Positions 20,547 through 31,101 are shown, counted from the first letter of the stretch. The stretch is DNA of 64,000 bases from Gemmatimonadota bacterium (GCA_039586365.1 JBDHKN010000002.1:1-64000); one strand, 5' to 3'. Notes: generated by a model from the letters alone, not told the origin. Program-made: numbers and translations.

Positions 20547-22228
20547 TCCGGCCTGTCACTCTGATTCTCACACCGAAGTGGCGCAGTACTCTCACTCGGA
20601 TCCGGCAAGAGCGAAGCACCAGCGGTACTAGAGCTCTCATCATAGGTGGTGTGGGGCTCGTTTTTTGGTTGGGGATCTTCGGTGTCGTTTACCGAGTGTT
20701 GCACTACTTCCGAGGAGTCGAGGAGATCGGTCCCCTACTGGCCGGCAAACTGCTGGGTCTAGTACTACTTTCATTCCTTTCTATTCTCCTGCTTTCCAAC
20801 GTAATCACGTCTCTGTCGTCATTCTTCCTCGCCAAAGACCTGGACCTCTTGATCTCCTCGCCGGTGGATTGGCTCCATCTGTACTTGAGCAAGTTGGCAG
20901 AGACACTGCTTCACAGCTCATGGATGGTAGCCCTGATGGCGGTGCCCATCTTCTGCGCATACGGCATCATCTACCACGGAGGCCTGCTGTTTCCACTGTT
21001 CACCCTGGTGGTGTTTGCGCCACTCGTGGTAATTCCAACGGTGATCGGGAGTGCTGTGACTCTGACGCTTGTGAATGTCTTTCCAGCACGCCGTACGCGT
21101 GACCTCCTCTCAGTAATCGCAATCGGTGCCGCCGGAGTGCTCGTCCTGCTCTTCCGGATGATTCGCCCAGAACGGCTTGCCAGACCGGAGGGATTCGCCA
21201 ACCTACTTGACTTCATCACACTGCTGCGAACGCCCACCTCACCCTACCTACCGAGCGAGTGGGCAACAGACGCTCTGATGGGATACCTCGTCGGCCCATT
21301 CGACACCTTCCCGTTGATACTGCTCTGGAGCACTGCTGCGGCATTCGTGGTTTTGGGTGCCCTGCTACACCGTAGCTTGTACCCACGCGGCTTTACCCGA
21401 GCTCAAGAAGGATCAGAGCGCTTTGTTAGGGGATGGATCTGGCGGGCAATTCTTGGCCCTGTGTTCAGGCCCGTGTCAGTGGCGAAACGCGAATTCATCG
21501 TAAAAGATATGAAACTGTTCTTTCGCGACACAACCCAGTGGAGTCAACTCATCTTGTTGGCTGTTCTCGTCGTAATCTACCTCTTCAACATTCGAGCACT
21601 GCCTCTGTTCTCGGGCGAACAGGTTCCGTTTGTTATGGTGACCGTCATTTCATTCCTCAACCTCGGCCTCGCTGGCTTTGTCCTCGCATCGATCGCTGCC
21701 CGATTCATCTTCCCATCGATCTCCCTGGAGGGCCGGCAGATGTGGTTGCTTCGCTCGAGCCCGCTGGATCTTGGTGCGTTGCTCTGGTCGAAGTATTGGA
21801 TTGGCACCATACCGCTCTTGGTGTTGGCTCTTGGGATCACGGTTTTCACCAACGTACTCCTCAAAGTGACACCGTTCATGATGGCTGTTGGAGTCGCAAC
21901 GATCGTCTTGCTGACACTGGCAATAAGCGCAATGGCCCTTGGCTTTGGTGCTTTGTACCCTCAGTTCGAGACAGAAAACGCTGCGCAGATCCCCACTTCG
22001 TACGGTGGGCTCGTCTTCATGATGTCGACGATCGCTTTGCTGGCATTGGTGATCGTCGTCGAGGCGGTTCCCGTATCTGCATACCTTCGAAGCACGTTCA
22101 ATGGAGAACATGTTCGAGTGGACGCAGGTATGGTCGGTGCATTCGCTGCAGTGGTCATCATCTGTCTGTCGGCAACGATTATCCCTCTCAAGGTGGGACT
22201 GCGGAGAATGGAGCAGTTCGAATTCTAG
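20543..22228 (+). CDS. ABC-2-type permease (about 12-14 TM)
   Basis: Highly hydrophobic; SLEGRQMWLLRSSP motif; coupled to the ATPase. Confidence 0.85.
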   Translation: MIRPVTLILTPKWRSTLTRIRQERSTSGTRALIIGGVGLVFWLGIFGVVYRVLHYFRGVEEIGPLLAGKLLGLVLLSFLSILLLSNVITSLSSFFLAKDLDLLISSPVDWLHLYLSKLAETLLHSSWMVALMAVPIFCAYGIIYHGGLLFPLFTLVVFAPLVVIPTVIGSAVTLTLVNVFPARRTRDLLSVIAIGAAGVLVLLFRMIRPERLARPEGFANLLDFITLLRTPTSPYLPSEWATDALMGYLVGPFDTFPLILLWSTAAAFVVLGALLHRSLYPRGFTRAQEGSERFVRGWIWRAILGPVFRPVSVAKREFIVKDMKLFFRDTTQWSQLILLAVLVVIYLFNIRALPLFSGEQVPFVMVTVISFLNLGLAGFVLASIAARFIFPSISLEGRQMWLLRSSPLDLGALLWSKYWIGTIPLLVLALGITVFTNVLLKVTPFMMAVGVATIVLLTLAISAMALGFGALYPQFETENAAQIPTSYGGLVFMMSTIALLALVIVVEAVPVSAYLRSTFNGEHVRVDAGMVGAFAAVVIICLSATIIPLKVGLRRMEQFEF

Positions 22229-22262
22229 TCGCTGACACAGCCTCCCGCCTAGGTAAAAGAGT

Positions 22263-22291
22263 GCTGGGGTGGGACTGGATCCCACCCCAGC
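22263..22291. terminator. GC-rich hairpin between convergent operons
   Basis: GCTGGGGTGGGA-CTGGA-TCCCACCCCAGC perfect 12-bp stem; no clear U tract. Confidence 0.5.
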
Positions 22292-22668
22292 TACGTCTTG
22301 CTCCGGCCAGTTGCTGCTACGGTATCTCCTGGGACACCACGATACGGTACTGCACACCCCAGATACTCGCCCGGTAATCATCATCGGTCTCAGTGGCAAG
22401 ATCAGAGCATCGATGGCGCCGATTCCGATTCGGTCGCGTCCTGCGTATCGGTTCTCAAGCTGGACGCCTCACACCGTTGCACCGATAGCGGTGTGACCAA
22501 CTTCACACTCGAATAGGAGCGTTGCTCGCTCTCGCTGGAGTGAACGTAGTGTCGTGAGTTGCCCTTCGCTATGATGAGAAGCGATATCACTACGTGCGGC
22601 GGGTCACGCTGGATGAAGGCGTAGGAAATAGAGAGCGCAGCTGAGCTGATCCCCCTACTCACCAAGTG

Positions 22669-23202
22669 CTAGGCTTGTCTCGCCCCGCACTCCCCACAGA
22701 ACTGGGCACCCGGTGGGATTGCTGTTCCACACTGTGAACAGCCCGGTCCTGACCCGGACGTTACGAACGGTCTGCCACAGCTGGAGCAGAACTTGGCTGC
22801 GGCTTCGGGTCGGGGGCCACATACCGGACAAACCGCAGTCACCTCTGCGCGGGCCCGCCTTACTGCAGCCTCGGCAGGATCGTCCCCGACTGCAACCGCG
22901 TCCTCTCTCACTGCATCTTCCGCCCTAATAGCCGTCAGTGCTTCAGCAGAGTACTTAGCTTTGAGTGATGCGTAGTCGTCGTCTGACAGTTTGCCCGTCG
23001 CCCGATCGAACTCTATCTCCTTCAGAGCCATCAGCGCCTGGATCTTGGTCGAACCGGACTCCTGCGGGTCTGTGAAGTCAATTTCATCGAGCAACGACGC
23101 AGACCCTCGACTGGCGGAAGCAGCGGCTGGGCGAACCAAAGGCTCCAGCACGAGCGCTAGCGCAGCCAACGCCACGAATACCCCGGCGAGCATTTCGAAC
23201 AT
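22669..23202 (-). CDS. Membrane-anchored protein with CcmI-like N-terminal region and C-terminal double zinc ribbon
   Basis: TM; ALKEIEFDRATGKLSDDDY; CPVC/CSSC/CSQC/CGEC; directly downstream of ccmH. Confidence 0.75.
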   Translation of the reverse strand: MFEMLAGVFVALAALALVLEPLVRPAAASASRGSASLLDEIDFTDPQESGSTKIQALMALKEIEFDRATGKLSDDDYASLKAKYSAEALTAIRAEDAVREDAVAVGDDPAEAAVRRARAEVTAVCPVCGPRPEAAAKFCSSCGRPFVTSGSGPGCSQCGTAIPPGAQFCGECGARQA

Positions 23203-23662
23203 AATCAACGATCCAAGCACCTACGATCGCAATTGCCATCCCGGGCAGCGCGTACCCGACCAAATTGAATCCTTCCTTTCGCGGGGCCATCAACACCAAT
23301 TCACCGTACTGCGCCACAAACTCGTCGATGACTTCCTGTGCAGTCTTCCCTTGTTCCACTAGCGATATCACCTGACGGTGCAAAGCAGGCGACGTCTGGC
23401 AAGTGAAGTCGGTGGTCCTACAGGTGTACACATCGAGGTTGCAGCCACACGTACAACGCAGCTGCTCCTCGATTCCGACTACGAAGGGATCATTCTCATA
23501 GTCAGTGATCGGACGACGCGGTTGGCCGGCCATGCTAGGACTGGGAAGGAGGCCGACTGCCGAGTCACGTTGACTAGGTTCCTGGATGGCAGCAGCGGGA
23601 AAAACTGCACATAGCCACAGGGTGAGCAGGCCCAACCTCCCGAGCGCATCGCTACCCCCCAT
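23084..23662 (-). CDS. ccmH: Cytochrome c biogenesis protein CcmH-like (3' end possibly disrupted)
   Basis: EQLRCTCGC, GKTAQEVIDEFVAQYGELVL.AP; C-terminus overlaps the next gene by about 120 nt. Confidence 0.75.
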   Translation of the reverse strand: MGGSDALGRLGLLTLWLCAVFPAAAIQEPSQRDSAVGLLPSPSMAGQPRRPITDYENDPFVVGIEEQLRCTCGCNLDVYTCRTTDFTCQTSPALHRQVISLVEQGKTAQEVIDEFVAQYGELVLMAPRKEGFNLVGYALPGMAIAIVGAWIVDYVRNARRGIRGVGCASARAGAFGSPSRCFRQSRVCVVAR

Positions 23663-25697
23663 CGGCCGCCACCGCTTCGTCGACCAGCTTCACCTGATAG
23701 CCGACCATTGCGCGCCGCAGAGAAGCGCGAGTTGGCCCACCACCGGGCCACATTGTGACGACCGCACCAATAACGAGGACAACACCACCATACCAAATCC
23801 ACCATACTAAGGGATTCAGGGTGAATCGATACACAGCCTCCTCAGTACCATCTACTGATCCGGCAAATACAATGTAGACATCCTCACGGAGACCACTGCG
23901 GATCGCGGCTTCTGTCGCAGGTTGGAATGTAGGCTGTCTGAAAGAATCCCAATACTGACGCTTCTCGCTCGTCATGACGCCCAACCGTTCATCCCCGCGC
24001 GACACGTCAACACTGGCGGCCGACACGAAACGATTGAGCTGCTCGTATTGAGATATGCCAACATGCGTGAAGATGTATTCGTAGCCAAAGGCTGACCGCA
24101 TCGTGACCGACTCTCCAGGTTTGAGCGAAGCTTCCATTTCTTTCTTGAACGCTGCGCCCGCAAACCCCACGAAGTAGATCACCACACCTATGTGGACTAT
24201 GTAGCCGCCGTAACGACGCCGGTTGCGCCCCACCAGCCGGGCGAACGCAAGGGCGTAATTCTCACCATGCAGCCGATGCCGGGCCCCCACACCACGTACA
24301 AACTCCTGAGCGACGGTGACCAGAACGAATGCCCCGAGCACGAAAGCCACACCGGCGTAAAAGTCCCTCAGACCAAACGCATACAACGCAGCTCCAACAA
24401 CCAGAGCCAAGACTACCGGGCTCGCGAACTGGCGCTTGAGATTGCGAGGACTGGCCTTACGCCATGCGATCAGTGGGCCGATTCCCGTCAGCGCAAGCAG
24501 TGCCAAGCCGATCGGGATGTTAACCTGATTGAAGAATGGGGGTCCAACGGTCACCTGTGTGCCACGAACCAACTCCGATAGTATCGGGAACATCGTTCCC
24601 CACAGAACGGAGAACGACATCCCCACCAAGAGAAGGTTGTTGAACAGAAAGCTCGCTTCTCGCGACACCATGCTCTCAAGTTGCGACTCTGCCGTGAGGT
24701 ACGGGAAGCGAGTCCAGAGGAGCCAGGTCAGTGCAACCGCAGACACGATCAAGAAGACGAGGAAGAAATACCCGACCGAGGACTGCGCGAATGAGTGCAC
24801 GCTGGAAATAATGCCGCTGCGGGTAATGAAAGTGCCAAAGATGGCTAACATGAAGCTCATAACGATGAGGATCATGTTCCACTTCTTCAGCATACCGCGT
24901 TTCTCTTGAATCATTACCGAATGAAGAAACGCCGTCATAGTGAGCCAAGGCAGGAAGCTGGCGTTCTCGACCGGATCCCACGCCCAATAGCCACCCCAGC
25001 CTAGCTCGACGTAGGCCCACCACATACCCAACGTGATACCGATCGACAGGAAAACCCACGATACGATGGTCCATCTGCGTATCGCGTGAAGCCATCCCGT
25101 ATCCAGTCGTCTTGTGATCAGGGCTGCGACAGCGAAAGCAAACGGCACTGTGATGCTCACGTATCCCAAATACAGCATGGGTGGGTGAATTACCATCCCC
25201 GGATTCTGGAGTTGGGGATTGAGGCCATTGCCATCTGGCGGTGTAAATGGGAGACGCTCGAACGGGTTGGAGGCAAAGAGCACCACGGCAACGAAGAACA
25301 GTGTCACCATCGACGTGACCGCTGCGACGTACGGCATCAGGTAGTCGTATCGCTTGGGGGTGAGCCATTGAGCCGCTGCAGCGAAGATCGCCAGAATCAG
25401 CGCCCAGAACAGCAGGCTGCCCGACTGACCACCATAGAACGCGGAGATCACATAAGGTGTCGGCAGGTTACTGCTCGTATATGACCAAACGTATTGCACG
25501 TTGAAGTCATGCCGCAGCAGAGCAACGAGCAGACAGGCAGAGGCCACGGAGATAATCCCAAGCAAGGCGTACGCAGTCCGCCGCGCACTCTGCATCAGTT
25601 CGGCGCGCCCCTGCACACCTCCAATGATCCCCACAACGCTGCCCCACACTGCTACCAGCAGCGCCAGCCACAGCGCAAGTTGTCCGAGGATAGTCAC
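23652..25697 (-). CDS. ccmF: Cytochrome c heme lyase CcmF
   Basis: IHPPMLYLGY, WAYVELGWGGYWAWDPVEN, SVHSF, GPPFFN. Confidence 0.97.
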   Translation of the reverse strand: MTILGQLALWLALLVAVWGSVVGIIGGVQGRAELMQSARRTAYALLGIISVASACLLVALLRHDFNVQYVWSYTSSNLPTPYVISAFYGGQSGSLLFWALILAIFAAAAQWLTPKRYDYLMPYVAAVTSMVTLFFVAVVLFASNPFERLPFTPPDGNGLNPQLQNPGMVIHPPMLYLGYVSITVPFAFAVAALITRRLDTGWLHAIRRWTIVSWVFLSIGITLGMWWAYVELGWGGYWAWDPVENASFLPWLTMTAFLHSVMIQEKRGMLKKWNMILIVMSFMLAIFGTFITRSGIISSVHSFAQSSVGYFFLVFLIVSAVALTWLLWTRFPYLTAESQLESMVSREASFLFNNLLLVGMSFSVLWGTMFPILSELVRGTQVTVGPPFFNQVNIPIGLALLALTGIGPLIAWRKASPRNLKRQFASPVVLALVVGAALYAFGLRDFYAGVAFVLGAFVLVTVAQEFVRGVGARHRLHGENYALAFARLVGRNRRRYGGYIVHIGVVIYFVGFAGAAFKKEMEASLKPGESVTMRSAFGYEYIFTHVGISQYEQLNRFVSAASVDVSRGDERLGVMTSEKRQYWDSFRQPTFQPATEAAIRSGLREDVYIVFAGSVDGTEEAVYRFTLNPLVWWIWYGGVVLVIGAVVTMWPGGGPTRASLRRAMVGYQVKLVDEAVAADGG

Positions 25698-25701
25698 GGG
25701 T

Positions 25702-26106
25702 TCACGCCGTGGGCTCCGCTTCGTAGCGTGAACCGCATTTGGCGAGCAGTGTCGTGGCTCGGAAAGTTCCGTCAGCCATCAACCGCCCTTCAACCACGAC
25801 GTCGGCGTCGTCGGTGAACGTGTCTGGGGCGAGTCCCCTATAGACAACCGGATATGTCTGCACTCCGTCGGTGACTTCGAACGTGATCGTCTGCGAGGCA
25901 ACATCCCGCTCGATGCTCCCCGTGACCACGCGGGCACCCATCCGTACCCCCACATCGCGAAAAGCGGCATCGGTCTGGACCCTCTCAGCAAGCTCAGCGG
26001 GCGTTACGAAATAGACCCCAGTATCCTTGATACCCGATGCCATCAAGTATCCGACGCTGACCGTGATAAGGACCGCGCCCATTGCGAATTTGCTACTTGC
26101 TCTCAT
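25702..26106 (-). CDS. ccmE: Heme chaperone CcmE, CxxxY variant
   Basis: YFVTP, VRMGARV, YRGLAPDTF, VVVEG, LLAKCGSRY. Confidence 0.92.
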   Translation of the reverse strand: MRASSKFAMGAVLITVSVGYLMASGIKDTGVYFVTPAELAERVQTDAAFRDVGVRMGARVVTGSIERDVASQTITFEVTDGVQTYPVVYRGLAPDTFTDDADVVVEGRLMADGTFRATTLLAKCGSRYEAEPTA

Positions 26107-26200
26107 CTCCGTCCGTCTCCATGTGGTCCGCTGAATATAGAATACTCCCCAGCACCCTGAAAGGTTGCCGTAGACTGGTGAACAAACCACAACCTGTTTC

Positions 26201-27653
26201 TTAAGGAAACTTCACTCCGGAGCGCGCCCAATGCAGGGCAGCGGCCACAGCCCGCTGCCATTCGGCGTAATTGACCGTGTCGGACGGCTGCGGATCGAAC
26301 ACTGTGTAGGCCTGTTCCTGAGCGAACTCCTCGGCGCTCTGCCACACACCGACACCCACACCCGCCAGCCCGGCGGCACCCAGACTTGTGGTCTCCACCA
26401 CTCTAGGGCGGGCAACCTGGACACCGAGAACGTCGGCCTGGAACTGCATGAGCCAGTTGTTCTTAGCCGCACCTCCATCTACCCGCAGCAACCCCAACGG
26501 TACGCCTGAATCCCGCTCCATTGCTTCCACCACGTCCTTGGTGCTGTAGGCCATGGATTCGAGCGTGGCCCGGACCAGGTGCTCTGTGCGGGTACCCCTC
26601 GTCAGTCCTACGATCGTCCCGCGGGCCTCCGCTTCCCAGTAGGGCGCCCCCAGGCCTGCCAAAGCCGGCACGAAATAGACCCCCCCACTGTCCGTGATGG
26701 ATAGGGCCAACTGCTCTGTCTCAGCCGCGTCGCCGATCAGCTTAAGCCCGTCCCGCAACCACTGTACAGCCGCACCTGCAATGAAGATGGAGCCCTCGAG
26801 CGCGTACGTCGGCTGACCGGCCCTGTCACATGCCACGGTCGTCACTACACCCTGGCCGGAGAAACGCGCCAGTACCATAGGTGCATTTCGCCTGTCCAGG
26901 ATCCCAGCACGCCTGACCGAACAGCGCCGCCTGCTGGTCACCCGCCATCCCGCTTACCGGGATTCCCCGACCGAAATGCTCGGGCTCCGTGATACCAACC
27001 ACTTCACTTGAGTTTCGGACAGCGGGCAGGCAGTCCCGCGGAACACCGAAGATTTCCAGCAACTCGTCGTCCCAACCGAACTGGTCGATACCGTATAGGA
27101 GCGTACGAGAGGCGTTGGTGTGGTCGGTGACAAAGACCCGACCGGCAGTCAGTTGATACACGAGCCACGAGTCGATTGTGCCAAATACGGCCTGGCCGGC
27201 TTCGGCACGGGAGCGCAACCCTGGTACGTGATTCAGTAGCCACTCCATCTTGGTTGCGGAGAAATAAGGATCCCACACGAGACCGGTCTTGCCCCTGATA
27301 AAGGCATCACCGAACTGGTCCCGAAGGGATCGGCATCGGTCGGCGGTCCGGCGATCTTGCCAGACTATAGCTCGGTGGAGGGGCTCGCCTGTCTGCCGAT
27401 CCCACACCACCACCGTCTCGCGTTGATTGGTGATCCCAATGGCAGAAGGCAGCACGCCAGCTTGTCTCACGGCCTCGCGGGCGACGTTGAGTGTCACCAC
27501 CCAGATCTCCTTCGGGGCGTGCTCCACCCAACCGGGCTGGGGAAAATGTTGAGTGAACTCCTGATAGGAACGTCCGAGCATGCTCCCATCCGCTGCAAAC
27601 ACCAGCGCCGTCGATCCTGTGGTCCCTTGATCCAGAGCAAGTACGCTTTTCAC
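26201..27653 (-). pseudogene. glpK: Glycerol kinase split by a frameshifting internal deletion (real or assembly error)
   Basis: DQGTTGS...GDQQAALFGQ...TYGTGAFL in one frame; VTTVA...YALEGS...VDGGA in another; about 10 expected residues missing at ~26860. Confidence 0.85.
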
Positions 27654-27659
27654 TGGTTG

Positions 27660-28718
27660 CTACCTCTGCTGGAGGAGTCGAGGGATAGCATGCAGATAAG
27701 GTGGTTTGACCAACCCTCGATCCGTGATGATAGCGGTGACAAGACTCGCCGGTGTGATATCGAAGGCCGGGTTATACACTTCCGCTCCGGCAGCCGCTCC
27801 GACTTCGTGTGCGGCTCGGAGCTCGATTGGGATCTCGCTTCCCGTGGATAACGAAATGTCAAACGTGCTGCGGGGCGCCGCTACGAATAACGGGATGTGG
27901 TGGCCCTGCGCTAGTACCGCCAATCCGTAGGTCCCGATCTTGTTGGCCACATCACCATTTGCTGCTATCCGATCAGCACCGGTGATCACCAAATCGACTC
28001 TCCCAGCCGCCATTACTGCCGCAGCGGCACTATCCACTATCGCCGTTACCTTGATCCCTGCCCTGGCAAGCTCCCATGAAGTCAACCTCGTTCCCTGACG
28101 CAGCGGGCGAGCCTCACAAGAAATCACGTCGACTCGCTTGCCCTGGTCCCGCGCCACATAGATGGCGGCGAGGGCTGTCCCTATGCCCCCAGTTGCAAGC
28201 GCACCGGCGTTACAGTGAGTCAATACTGTCGCACCATCCTTTATCACTTCTGCACCTGCTTCGCCGATAGCCTGGCACATGTCGCGGTCCTCGTCCCAAA
28301 TGCGCTGTGCGACAGCCCGCAGGTCTTCCACGACGGTCCGAGGCTCGGCCCCGGTCTCAAAGGCTCGGTTTGCCGCAGAGCACAACCGCCCCACAGCCCA
28401 GGCCAGGTTGACTGCGGTGGGGCGTGCGGCAGCAAGTCGGATTGCTTCGCTGTTCAGCCAAGCGGGAGTGAGTATACTGCGCGACTCGGCTTCAGCAGCT
28501 GCAGCCGCAAGACCCATCGCTGCCACGATCCCCAGCATGGGGGCACCCCTTACCCGCAGGGATTGTATGGCTTCGATCATATCGTCGACCGATACGGCCT
28601 CGCGATAGGACTCCTGATCAGGGAGGAGCGTTTGGTCCAGATAGCGCACCGCACCGGACGGTGTCCACGAAATCGGCTCGAAATCGAGATTCATGTAGGA
28701 GAAGTTACTGCCAGACAC
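27660..28718 (-). CDS. mtnA: S-methyl-5-thioribose-1-phosphate isomerase
   Basis: VRGAP, RPTAVNL, THCNAGALAT, GADRIAANGDVANKIGTY, NPAFDITP. Confidence 0.96.
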   Translation of the reverse strand: MSGSNFSYMNLDFEPISWTPSGAVRYLDQTLLPDQESYREAVSVDDMIEAIQSLRVRGAPMLGIVAAMGLAAAAAEAESRSILTPAWLNSEAIRLAAARPTAVNLAWAVGRLCSAANRAFETGAEPRTVVEDLRAVAQRIWDEDRDMCQAIGEAGAEVIKDGATVLTHCNAGALATGGIGTALAAIYVARDQGKRVDVISCEARPLRQGTRLTSWELARAGIKVTAIVDSAAAAVMAAGRVDLVITGADRIAANGDVANKIGTYGLAVLAQGHHIPLFVAAPRSTFDISLSTGSEIPIELRAAHEVGAAAGAEVYNPAFDITPASLVTAIITDRGLVKPPYLHAIPRLLQQR

Positions 28719-28774
28719 TCAATCGAGTGAAGGAGGTCTTGACACCCGAGGGTGATCATTCAACTGCGTGCTCG

Positions 28775-29677
28775 CTAGCGACGTCCCTCATCTCTCCTCA
28801 AGGTCAGCTCCAAAGCGGCATCAAACGCCATGCGATCAATCCCGCCCTCGCCAATTGCGGCTGGATCGAGACGAAGCGCATTCCAATACGATTCCAACGA
28901 GCGGGAATGTTCCCTGTTGAAGAAGGCCGCCCTACCGAGCGCGCGCCAGTATTCGGCGCGCGTCGAATCGAGTGAGAGCGCCGCCGTTAGGTGACCAACT
29001 GCATCATCGAATCCCCCCAGACTGGTGAGGACAACTCCTAGTCGGTACCGCGCTGATGCGTCGGCTGAATCTGCAGCGACCTCTCTGTAGAGATCTGGCA
29101 ACTGATCAATGACCCGCACTCTGGGGCGGCGAGACAGAGATGAAGTAGTGCTGGCGGTGGGAACAGCTCTCATCCCGACTCCGAGAGCCGCGAGGAGGGC
29201 TACGCTGATCAACAACGGTAACCAACTCCCAACCAACTCACCCTTCAGCCAAGCGAGCTGCACTCCCGGATCGATGGGTTCTTCGGTCGGGTCCAGCCTG
29301 CGGTGGAGCCGGAACATGAAGATACCGATTGGCGGACCCACGATGCCCGCAGCTACCACACTCAGGAGTGGGATCAGCGAGAACCACCTGTCTGGGGGCA
29401 GAAACAGCAGGCCACCCGCGGCATAGAGGGGGATCGCCGCGACGAACCCTCGCATGAGAGCAGCCCGTTTGGTCGGTCCAAAGTCCGGCGTCCCCGCGAC
29501 CAGGCTCCCGACGGTGAATCCGGCAACCGCAAAAACACCAACCAGGATGGTGAGCCCTATTCCCGAGGTGTAGCCGGGCAGAACTCCTCTCAGGACTCCA
29601 ACCGCCGCCGCATATATCGCTCCGAAAACAGCAGCAAGGAATCCCGCGTCAAAATCTAGCGGTAGCCGTGCTCGCAT
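28775..29677 (-). CDS. Membrane protein with C-terminal TPR repeats
   Basis: About 5 TM segments then YRLG and WRALG TPR-like helices. Confidence 0.7.
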   Translation of the reverse strand: MRARLPLDFDAGFLAAVFGAIYAAAVGVLRGVLPGYTSGIGLTILVGVFAVAGFTVGSLVAGTPDFGPTKRAALMRGFVAAIPLYAAGGLLFLPPDRWFSLIPLLSVVAAGIVGPPIGIFMFRLHRRLDPTEEPIDPGVQLAWLKGELVGSWLPLLISVALLAALGVGMRAVPTASTTSSLSRRPRVRVIDQLPDLYREVAADSADASARYRLGVVLTSLGGFDDAVGHLTAALSLDSTRAEYWRALGRAAFFNREHSRSLESYWNALRLDPAAIGEGGIDRMAFDAALELTLRRDEGRR

Positions 29678-29777
29678 AAGTCGCTCTTGCCTACGAGATG
29701 ACTGTTGACCTTGCCGACAAGCCCAACTGGTGCGGGAGACCAGTCACAGCCACCACGATTCCACCTTGCGGCACCTC

Positions 29778-29957
29778 CTAACCCATCCAGAAGCCCTTGC
29801 GATGGGAGACACCAAGAACCTTGCGACAATGTGAGCAGAAGTAGATGAATCGGCGCCCCAAGAAACCTCTGAGATCTTGAAACAGCACCCCCCTGAGTTC
29901 CGTCGAACAGTAGGGACAAATAGGATTGACGTTTTCGGCTCTCTCAAGTTCAATCAT
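29778..29957 (-). CDS. 59-aa zinc-ribbon microprotein (below the ORF-track cutoff)
   Basis: RBS GAGGAG then MIELERAENVNPICPYCSTELRGVLFQDLRGFLGRRFIYFCSHCRKVLGVSHRKGFWMG*; two CxxC motifs. Confidence 0.8.
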   Translation of the reverse strand: MIELERAENVNPICPYCSTELRGVLFQDLRGFLGRRFIYFCSHCRKVLGVSHRKGFWMG

Positions 29958-30041
29958 GGCAGATCTCCTCGCACAATGTAGCCACCCTGCCGTATCATGT
30001 GGATGCGGCGAACATCAGCGCGGTAAAGGAAGCGATAGCGC

Positions 30042-30536
30042 CTACTCTTGCGATACCGGTTGATACGCGGACTCGATCACAACCGGGTCTACCGGAACAT
30101 TCTGAAAGGGACCTTGGTTATCGGTGCGAACTGCAGCAATCCTGTCCACCACATCCATCCCGTCCACTACTTTTCCAAAGACCGCGTAGCCAAAATCCCG
30201 TGCGCCATGGTCGAGCGAAGAATTGTCCTGCAGGTTGATGAAGAACTGTGACGTGGCGCTGTTGATATCCTGAGTTCGAGCCATCGAGAGCGTCCCCCGT
30301 TTGTTCTGGAGCCCGTTCTTGGCTTCATTCGCGATGGGGGCCCGTGTTGTCTTCTTTTCCAGGTCTCGAGTGAAACCACCGCCCTGGATGACAAAACCAG
30401 GGACAACGCGATGTAACGTCGTGCCGTTGTAGAACCCTGCATTCACGTACGAAAGGAAGTTCTCCACGGTGACGGGCGATGCCTCGGGGTATGTCTCCAC
30501 CGTGATCTTTCCGTGGTTCGTCTCGAGAACAACCAT
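30042..30536 (-). CDS. Cyclophilin-type peptidyl-prolyl isomerase
   Basis: [34 protein letters not shown]. Confidence 0.95.
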   Translation of the reverse strand: MVVLETNHGKITVETYPEASPVTVENFLSYVNAGFYNGTTLHRVVPGFVIQGGGFTRDLEKKTTRAPIANEAKNGLQNKRGTLSMARTQDINSATSQFFINLQDNSSLDHGARDFGYAVFGKVVDGMDVVDRIAAVRTDNQGPFQNVPVDPVVIESAYQPVSQE

Positions 30537-30552
30537 CGAAGTTCACTCCTCC

Positions 30553-31101
30553 CTAGGGGATCCTGTCCCAATCCTGGCTAACGAAGGCATACATCAACTG
30601 GTCGATGATCTTGCCGTCCTTGATTGCACTGCGTCGCATCCTTCCTTCCAATACATAGCCAGCCTTTTCCAGCACACGGAACGATGCGACGTTCCACTCA
30701 TACGGCACTGCGTAGACTCGAGCGAGATCATGGGTTCTTATTGCGTACTGGGTTACCGCCCGCAGTGCAGCAGTAGTTATTCCCCTACCCCAGAACTCTT
30801 CACCCAACCAATAGCCGATCTCTGCCGAACACCGTTCGACGTCGTCTCGCAAGCCGAAACCGATGGCCCCAATCGCCACGTCGCCAATGGTGATCGCAAA
30901 GTACGTCTGCGGAATCAGGTTCGTCACCCTTCCCAGAAAATCCCGCGCATCTTCCCGCGTGTAAGGGTGAGGAAAACCATCCCGCAGATTGATCCAGATA
31001 TTGCGGTTGTTCGCGTGTCGTAACAGCGAGTCTTCGTCGGAGCGTCTCCAAGATCGCACGCTGCACTCTGCAAGGTTCAGCTGTATCGACACGGCACTCA
31101 C
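30553..31101 (-). CDS. GNAT N-acetyltransferase (RimJ/RimL-like)
   Basis: EIGYWLG..FWGRGI, NVASFRVLEKAGY. Confidence 0.92.
   Translation of the reverse strand: MSAVSIQLNLAECSVRSWRRSDEDSLLRHANNRNIWINLRDGFPHPYTREDARDFLGRVTNLIPQTYFAITIGDVAIGAIGFGLRDDVERCSAEIGYWLGEEFWGRGITTAALRAVTQYAIRTHDLARVYAVPYEWNVASFRVLEKAGYVLEGRMRRSAIKDGKIIDQLMYAFVSQDWDRIP

Noticed and set aside
22298..22665. Short ORFs in the gap between the ABC permease and the zinc-ribbon gene
   Set aside because: No recognisable motifs, RBS or coherent composition.
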